NCBI RefSeq assembly: GCF_006345805.1
Contig: NC_043006.1
Location: forward strand, 41,230,001 to 41,294,000
Direction: 5' to 3'
From: Octopus sinensis
Taxonomy: Eukaryota
DNA: 64,000 bases
Of the stretch, positions 55,278-64,000 are shown piece by piece; positions within the stretch are counted from its first letter, which is position 1; each line of letters opens with the position of its first letter. The notes under the pieces are model-generated. The model worked only from the letters and a program-made list of their open reading frames with translations. It was not told the origin of the DNA and did no database searches. Both the position numbers and the translations under genes were made by a program.

Positions 55278-56054
55278 AGTTTTAAGAGTTTTGGCAATCA
55301 TGAATTGCTGATTGCTATTAGCTAAGTGATGCGTAGAACGATATCATGGTTTAATGTGGATTGCACAGGATATTCCACTGGAGCAAATAAACTGTGTTAT
55401 GATTATTACATATATATTACGTTATAAGATCGATTATGTAACATTGGCCATGAAATATGAAACTATTAGTAATCTGTAATAACGAATTGGCTGAGCGAGT
55501 TCATACAACATTGGACTGTGGAAAGACAAATCAACAGATGGCATTCAACAGAAATCAGTGCGTTGTAATCGAGGCCAACTTATGCAACTCTCACATAATC
55601 TTGCTCACAAATATCTCATTGTACAACTCATTAAAGGGTTTTACATAAATTTTCTTTGTGTAGTGCAGAATGGAATACCTCCCTGGGTATATACAGAAAA
55701 GGGCTTGCGTCCTAGTACTCTCATCAATATTATCTAAATGCACATTGACAGCAGTCTAATTTCCGATACTAAATAATAACTAGGCTTATTCGATATTGTT
55801 TCTCCTTTGAACTGACCTTGTAGAATTTATATAAATTGGTAAGAGAAAAAAATAGAGCAGAAGAGAATAATGATAATAATAATAATAATAATAAATTTTT
55901 TAAAAAATTGCACTACTAGGCATTGCACACATCCTACGCAGAACACTTTCCATACAATAACCATCAGAGCATCACAACAAATCACAGCACATACCCAAGG
56001 CACACAGATCTGCGCTCGGTAGTGAAGTGAAAGCACGCTATAAAAATAAAACTA

Positions 56055-56106
<52 letters not shown>

Positions 56107-56724
56107 GTAATAATAAAGAGATAGTGAAGAGCATTATAAAATATCTAGAGAACCAAATGCAATATTAAATAACACGGAAGAAAAAGGAGAAAATTCACAA
56201 GCTACATGCAAACACATAAGATAGTATGTATGTGTGTGTCGGTGTGTTTGTGTATATATGTGTTTGTGTGTGTATGTATGATTGTGAGTGTATATTTGCG
56301 AGGTCAGTTTTAGTTTTAAATTATTGTTGAATTATTTCGATTAACCGTTCCTATGTGATCACTCTTAATACTGCAATCTAACAGAACGCTGAAATTGAGC
56401 TGCTGAGCAGCATTAAAAAAAAATAATATCATGGTGGTATGTTTAATTTCACTTACATTTCTAACACCTTTTCAAAGCTATGGACACTCACGCTATCACT
56501 TCAGTTCTTTCCTTAAAATCCTAAATACATGCAAAGCCAATCTAAATCAATGCAGTGCCTCTATTCACTTCATCATAAATAAGAGGCAAAACTTTATTCG
56601 GGTTGAGCAATTGATATTTGAGTATCGGTGCAAGATCATTGAGGTGACATACACTGAGAAACGTTCAACAATTTACTTATGTGTGTATTCATGATTGCGT
56701 GGCTAAGAATTTCGTACGGCTACA

Positions 56725-57110
56725 ACGGTCTTCCTGCTTAGTCTCACCTATGGTCATGAATCTTGGATAAAGTATGAAATGGGTACGATCGTGAATACAA
56801 GCGGCCGAAATGGGGTTCCTCCGAAGGATCTCTGGAGTAATGCTACTCGACAGGGTGCATAGTTCGGAGATTTAAGGAATCTCTTCAGGTTGAGCCGCTA
56901 TTTCTCCCATCGTGAGATCACAACCCCGGTACAACGTACATATGACAACAATATCGCAGACACGGATCGCCAGATTTATCCTTCAAGCCGAGCCAATCGT
57001 TTTGAGACCTACGGGTAGACCAAGGATGAGATGGATGGATAACAGCCAAAGTCCAATCGGAAAGCATAATGACAGTTGCTTCTAATAAGACACTGTAAAG
57101 GGCGTGTCTG
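56725..57110 (+). mobile_element. RTE-clade LINE 3' fragment, decayed
   Basis: LTYGHESW, AAEMGFLRRISGV, RPTGRPRMRWMD are RTE C-terminal motifs. Confidence 0.85.
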
Positions 57111-57620
57111 GGGACTCTATTTTGACCATCGCAGCAATAGTGAGTGAAGAAAATGAATGGAAAGATACAACAGAATTTCCGGTTCGATCTCATTGTGGAG
57201 TACCAGAGCAACGGGTGAACGAAAGCCTTGTGAATGAAATATTGAAGACGAAAAGTTATACCGAGACCCAGTTTAATAATACTCCTACCCAACTATTTGT
57301 GACACCTTAAGCGGAGTTCTACGCTATTGGAAGCATTAGGGCCAAATGTAAGGTGTGATAACAACTTCTACAGCACTATTTTTTAAAATATATGTACGTG
57401 TATATATACTAATATACTAATACATACAACGCGCGCGTGCACACACACACAAACATATTTATCCATATATCTGTGTATATATGTATATAAGTATGTATAT
57501 ATATATGTATGCATATATATCTGTGTATATACGTCTTTATACACACACACGCACATATATATATATGAATATACATATAGATATATGTATGTATATATAT
57601 GTATGTATGTATATATATAT

Positions 57621-59015
57621 AAACTTAGATAAACTTAGATATGTTTCGACCAGAAATTGGTCCAGGCCATGTCTAACTTAATAGCACCACCTGATAGGAT
57701 TATTCGAATCCTGTTTAAGTCAAGTTTTGTTCAAGTAGTGAGTTCTTGTTGGGTGAGTTGTATCCAGTTTTGTTCAAGTAGTGAGTTCTCGTTGGGTGAG
57801 TTGTATCCAATTATGGGTGGCTTATCTGGTATTCTTTGAAGGAATCTATCCAGACTCTGTTTGAAGTTGATGGGATCCTTTTCCTCTTTGATCTCCCTCG
57901 GGACAATGTTAAATAGGGCAGGGCCTGTTGAGGAAAAAATTATGTTGCAGTGTACATGTATGTTGTGATCTTGAATTTGGCAGGGGACGTATAGCCCGTG
58001 GTCCAAGTCTTGGATGAACCTTGAAGCTAATGTTTAGGTCGTTTGGGCAAAGTTGACGGTATATTTTCCACATCGTACAAATGATGTACCGCTCACGGCG
58101 ACGCTGGAGGGAGTAAAGTTTCAAGGCTTTAAGGCGATCCCAATAATCGAGAGCAGCCATGCCTTCAATTTGTTTAGTGAGAGCCCTCTGGGGTGACTCA
58201 ATTCTGGAGATGTTTTGTCTTGTGTGAGGAGACCACAGTGGGAAGCAGTATTCAATGTGTGGCCGTACAAAGGAGGAAAAAAGTGGTATGATGACACCCT
58301 GTTCTCTGGACCGGAAAGTTCTTAAGATCCAGGACTCATCCTACGAGCTATATCGACCTTCTTGTTGATGTGTGCACTCCAACTGAGATCGTCATCAACA
58401 TTACAACACACCACGTCTCTGATATTGTTAGAGGCTGTGAGCGGTTCCCCTGAAGGAGAGAGTATGGTTGTTTTAGTGAGGAATTTCTTCCAAAATGCAT
58501 CAGCTCAAATTTTCCCTCATTCAGTTGCATTTTGTTTCTGTCTGCCCATTGACTCACAGCATATAGATCAGACTGGAGTTGAGTTCGGTCTGCTTCTTCA
58601 TTGACGATTTGCTGGTGCTTAGTGTCATCAGCGAATATTTTCACTTTGCAGTGATGTACGACACTGGAAAAGTCGTTTACGTAAATTATGAAGAGTAGCG
58701 GACCCAAAACAGTTCCCTGGGGAACACCGCTGGTGACTTTTGCTGGGTTTGAGTAGACTCCATCAACTACAACATGTTGTGTTCTATTCGCCAGGAAATA
58801 CTGAATCCAGCGTAGAACTTTTCCACGGATTCCAACATTTGCCAATTTTGAGAGTAGGATGTTATGGTCTACCCTGTCGAACGCTTTACTGAAGTCAAGA
58901 TATATGACGTCAGAGTTCGAACCTGTTCCCAAGGCTTTGAGTACATCTTCAATGTGGTGTAAGAGCTGTGTTAGGCAGTCCCTGCCACAGCGAAAGCCAT
59001 GCTGATTTGAATTTA

Positions 59016-59018
<3 letters not shown>
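57621..59018 (-). mobile_element. CR1-group LINE, 5'-truncated, RT domain to 3' end
   Basis: [46 protein letters not shown]; C-terminal LKLYSLQRRRERY. 3' stem-loop GACC-aatttct-GGTC and terminal repeat (ATCTAAGTTT)x2. Confidence 0.93.
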
Positions 59019-59064
<46 letters not shown>

Positions 59065-59235
59065 ATAAATATATATATATGTATATATGTATATAGATAT
59101 ATATATATATATGTACATATATGTGTATATATATATAAATAGATAGATAAATGTATATATATATGTGTATATATATAGATAGATATATGTAGATATATGT
59201 ATATATACGTATATATATATAGATAGATATGTATG

Positions 59236-59266
<31 letters not shown>

Positions 59267-59287
59267 ATATATGTATATATATGTATG

Positions 59288-59326
<39 letters not shown>

Positions 59327-59333
59327 GTATGTG

Positions 59334-59368
<35 letters not shown>

Positions 59369-59494
59369 TTATAGGTACAATAAATTCAGGGTGAATACTT
59401 GATAAATGTAAGCACCTGTATATGCCAGCTAGTGGCATAGGTGATAGGATATATGTATCAAATGAAGTAAATGAAAAACTGGACGCAAAGGATT

Positions 59495-59592
59495 TAGGGG
59501 TACATATGTTTCGGGCTTTATTGAACAACTTATTCTTATATCAATGCATAATTGATATAACAGATAGATCAAAAGCCTTCTTCAGCCGCGTA
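59495..59592 (-). ncRNA. Hammerhead ribozyme, family 3, with a long stem II
   Basis: Minus strand reads cgcgg-CTGAAGA-a-GGCTTT...TTATATCAAT(tatgc)ATTGATATAA...AAAGCC-c-GAAA-CATATG-TA-cccc. Stem III is the palindrome ACATATGT; stem I has one mismatch. Confidence 0.65.
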
Positions 59593-60482
59593 CAATTGCT
59601 ACACCAAAGACTTGTATCACATTATAAAAGGTTTGAGACAAAAACCGAGTTTCATTGGGAAAGTATGTTTGTAAATCCTCATAGTCGTACATGGTATCAA
59701 TTAGACTCCAAAACAAATCGTCCATACCGTTTTTTCACTCGATATAAAATGAATACTGGGTAGATTAGTTCATATAAGGGAAGGAATTGGATGTTGAGAG
59801 AAAGAGGAAAGGAGGGGAAGGGGATAAAACTTTAATGAAGTTGGGATAACAAAAAGAAAATATATATAAATTTAAAGATAATTATAAAGGATAATAATAA
59901 ATATAAAATATAATAAAAAGTAAAGATGTAAAAAAATAAGTATATAAAGATACAAAGGACGTTACGTATAGGGTCATAAATTCTAGAAATGTATTGTGAA
60001 AATGTAAAAGGTACAAAAAATAAATGGTGAAAAATAAAATAAAAAGTAAAAACTGAAAAATAAAATAAAAAGCGAAAAATAAAAAAAAAACAAATGAATA
60101 AAAAAGTAAAAAGATCAAAAAGTGAAAGTAAAGTTTAAGTGAGATAAAGATAGAGATACAAAAGAATACACGGCGGTTAGAGATGATGAGTTAGAGTTTT
60201 GATGCTGTGGTGAGTCTCGTAAATTATTTTTAATTATTGGGGGGGGGAGAGATGGGTGAGAAGCGATATAGCAGTGGGCGAATGGTCAGTTTATAGCAGT
60301 CCCAAGCTACATGCTCTAAGTCCAACTAGTCTGTGTGTACGTGTGTGTCCACATACTTACCAACTCTCACATATGTAAATGTGTCGAGTGCGTCTGGTGA
60401 TAGTCCGGAATTTGGTGTTATTATACAGCCCATTTCATCCTCAATCAACATATACATATATATATAATATATATATATATAT

Positions 60483-60533
<51 letters not shown>

Positions 60534-61340
60534 TATACATATATATACACATATATACACACACACACATATATATACATACACATACACACACATACAC
60601 AAATCTACATATATATATATATATATATACACATACACATACACACACAGACACACACACACACACAGATATATATATATATATATACATAGACATAAAA
60701 AGCGCGCATACACCTACATACAGGTACCTACATATACACGCACATACACACACACACACATAAGTAAATATATCCATATATATATATATACACACACATA
60801 TATATATACACGCACACACACACACACATATACATATATACATATATATACACACACAGAGATACACACACACATATATACATATACATATACACACATA
60901 TATATACATACACATACACATGCATACACCCACATGTATGCGTCAGTACATGTTCACCCAAGTTCACGCAAACACACACCTGCGTACACATACACACATA
61001 CATACGTATACACACGCCCATATGTACATATAAGTATAAGCACATATATACAAACACACCCATATGCATAACCATACACATATGCATATATACACCCATA
61101 TGCACAGAAACATGTACACCCACTTACATGCATACACACACGTGTATATATATATATATGCATATAAACACATATACACATACATATACCTACATATATA
61201 CATATACACATATGGACAAACACATTCATGTGGCCCCACCTATATACGCATACATATACAAAATTATACATATGCATACGCGACGCACTCATACACGCAC
61301 TCATACATGTACTTATCTACGTGCCCATATATATATATAT

Positions 61341-61393
<53 letters not shown>

Positions 61394-62469
61394 GTATATA
61401 TTGACACAGGAAGAATCTTTTGAGCTTTCGCGAAAACATGAAATAATTATTTTGAGAACAGTCAATCTCGAAGCATACGAAGCTATAAATATGTGCTTCA
61501 ACCCAATATTTACAAATTATTGTTTATATCTTTATGCGTTTCGATATTGTGTAGTTCCGAAAGAGAATTAATTCTGAGTATATTTGCGCCGGAGTTTAAC
61601 AAACGATATTTCTTCCTTTTTTTTCTTCTTTTTTTTTTAAATCTCTTCAATTCGGTAGAATTATGCACAGTGACAACGTTTCTCTAAACGGAGAGTTGTG
61701 AAATTCCATTATCTTGCCTAAATAAACAAAATAGATAAACAAACGAGATAAATAAACTACTGTAAGTCACAAAGGAAGGAAGTATAAATATTTTTTGTTT
61801 TTATAATTTTACGTTTCCAACACCGAACGAACTTTAAAAGCTTGCTACAGCAATATATTCACTGCTATGCTCTACATATTCAGACCGTTAACATATTAAT
61901 ATCGATTGTCCTCTGTATCGATTTAATTATTATTTTACACATCTATTTATTGATACTTTCATTGGAGGGAGAGAAGGCAGGAAGGATGGTTGAGGAATGG
62001 AAAAAAAACAACAAAAACAACGAACAAACAGAAAACCACCACAACAACAATAGCAATCAATTCTATATAATGATTACTTTCTAGCTAAGAAATACTACAT
62101 CATCCACTGTTTATTGATGAGTAACTTACAGAGAGATGCTTCATATATATATATATATTATATATATATAGATGTATATATGTGTGTATATATATATTAT
62201 ATATATATTATATATATATATATATATATGTGTATATATTTATATATTTATATATATAATGTGTATATATTATATATATGTGTATATATTTATATATATG
62301 TGTATATATTTATATATATATGTATATATTTATATATATGTGTATATATTTATATATATATGTATATATTTATATATATATATATATATATTATACATGT
62401 GTATATATTTATATATATATATGTATATAAATTTATATATATATATCTATATTTATATATATATCTATA

Positions 62470-62529
<60 letters not shown>

Positions 62530-64000
62530 TAAAAAGGCATATGCACGCACACATATATCTATATAGCCAATATATATTTACAGACACATACACACACACA
62601 CACATCGATATATATATGTTTATATATTTATATATATATGGTGACATATATTTTGCACATATAAGATATTAAAGATATAAATTTATTTATGAAATCCTTG
62701 TCTGATATGCATTCATGTATATATATATATATATATATTATATGTATATGTGTATATAAATGTATATATATATATACATTTATATACACATATATATATA
62801 TATATGTAAGTATAAATGTATATATTTGTGTGTTTGAGCATTTATACATGGGTAGATAAATAAAAAGATCCATACAAGCACATATATTCATGCATACATA
62901 CACACAAACATACATACATGCATACATACATACACTTATATATACGTACTTCTCTACATGCTGGCAGACATTCCCATCTAATTACACTGACAGCAACATC
63001 TACAACGAGGCCTACCTCGCGTACATAGTTTTACAGACTTGTGGCATGATACATCTACACATTCTGTATTATATTGCTGTTGCAGCTATTAATGACAGAG
63101 AATCCTCGAGTCTATGTGTTGATTGATTGATTAAGCAGTCACTCCGCTCCTCGACCGACTCTACTCACACAGATACACGAACACATGTACCATTATGTGG
63201 GTATATATTGAATGGTATGTAATATATCCAGGAGTTTAAATTTGTGTATGTTTGTGTGTAGAGGAGGGGAGTGAGAGAAAAAGAGAGAAAGAAAGAAAGA
63301 AACACAAACAACAGTGTATGTGTGTATATGTGTGTGTGTGTATGTGTGTGTGTGTGTGTCGTGGACGTCTAGTACGTTTGATGTATTCTGGAAACAAGAT
63401 GGAAGCCAAAGATTGAAGAGCATCGTGTTAGTGAAATTTATATCATATCGTTATTATTACTTTGAAAATCATATTAATAACATAAAGAACATACAAACAT
63501 GTATGCATTCGTACATACATACATAAATACATACTTTCATACAGACATACATATGAATTTATTTATACATATATATTCATGTATCTATACATGAACGTGT
63601 GTGTGTGTGTGGGCGCGCGCATATATATATAATATATATATATACATACATGCATGTATGTATATCTTTTACTTGTTTCGGTCATTAGACTGTGGCCATG
63701 CTGGGGCACCGCCTTAAATGTATATATATATATATTCTTTTATTCTTCTATTCGTTTTAGCCATGCATTTGCGGTCATGCTGGAGCACTATGGTGATATA
63801 TTTGTATGTATGTATGTATATATATGTATGTGTATATGTGTGTATAAATACTTAATACACACTCGACACTCACACACATACAAACACACATCTATGTATA
63901 TGTGTGCAAGCGGCTGTATTTGTGTACGTCCGTTATTGTGTGCATATGTAAATAAACCTATCGGTCGTCCAAACTTCGAAGTCACAGATGATCCTTTGAA

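Noticed and set aside
55275-55325. A-to-I editing read-through of the TGA
   Set aside because: The exon itself is unproven, and a 5' G neighbour is disfavoured by ADAR; no sequence evidence.
57630-57670. GACC-aatttct-GGTC-GAAACATAT at the CR1 3' end as a hammerhead
   Set aside because: There is no CUGANGA upstream; an ordinary LINE 3' stem-loop explains it better.

Overview
AT-rich, microsatellite-saturated metazoan DNA. The repeat families look like those of a coleoid cephalopod, most likely Octopus (inference from family resemblance; no search was run). No complete host gene, rRNA, functional tRNA or CRISPR array is supportable, and nearly all ORF-track entries are microsatellite artefacts. 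The window is a mobile-element graveyard. It holds a ~5.8-kb minus-strand Helitron (Rep and PIF1-type helicase remnants, canonical termini) with unusual cargo: phased A4T4 subrepeats plus triplicated CpG-rich modules. It also holds two Penelope-like (PLE) GIY-YIG remnants, CR1-, RTE- and L1/Tx1-type LINE fragments, two ORF1-only LINE-like elements, at least five tRNA-derived SINE families and a pogo/Tigger-like MITE. Best leads: (1) a recurring cassette of tRNA-like Pol III promoter + (AAT)n + minimal hammerhead ribozyme that also forms the 3' end of a PLE; (2) two further hammerhead families with different palindromic stem III sequences; (3) a ~55-nt 3' tail shared by the ORF1-only elements and a SINE variant, suggesting a LINE / half-LINE / SINE parasite trio; (4) the Helitron cargo. 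Three possible plus-strand exons of an unidentified gene are reported at low confidence.
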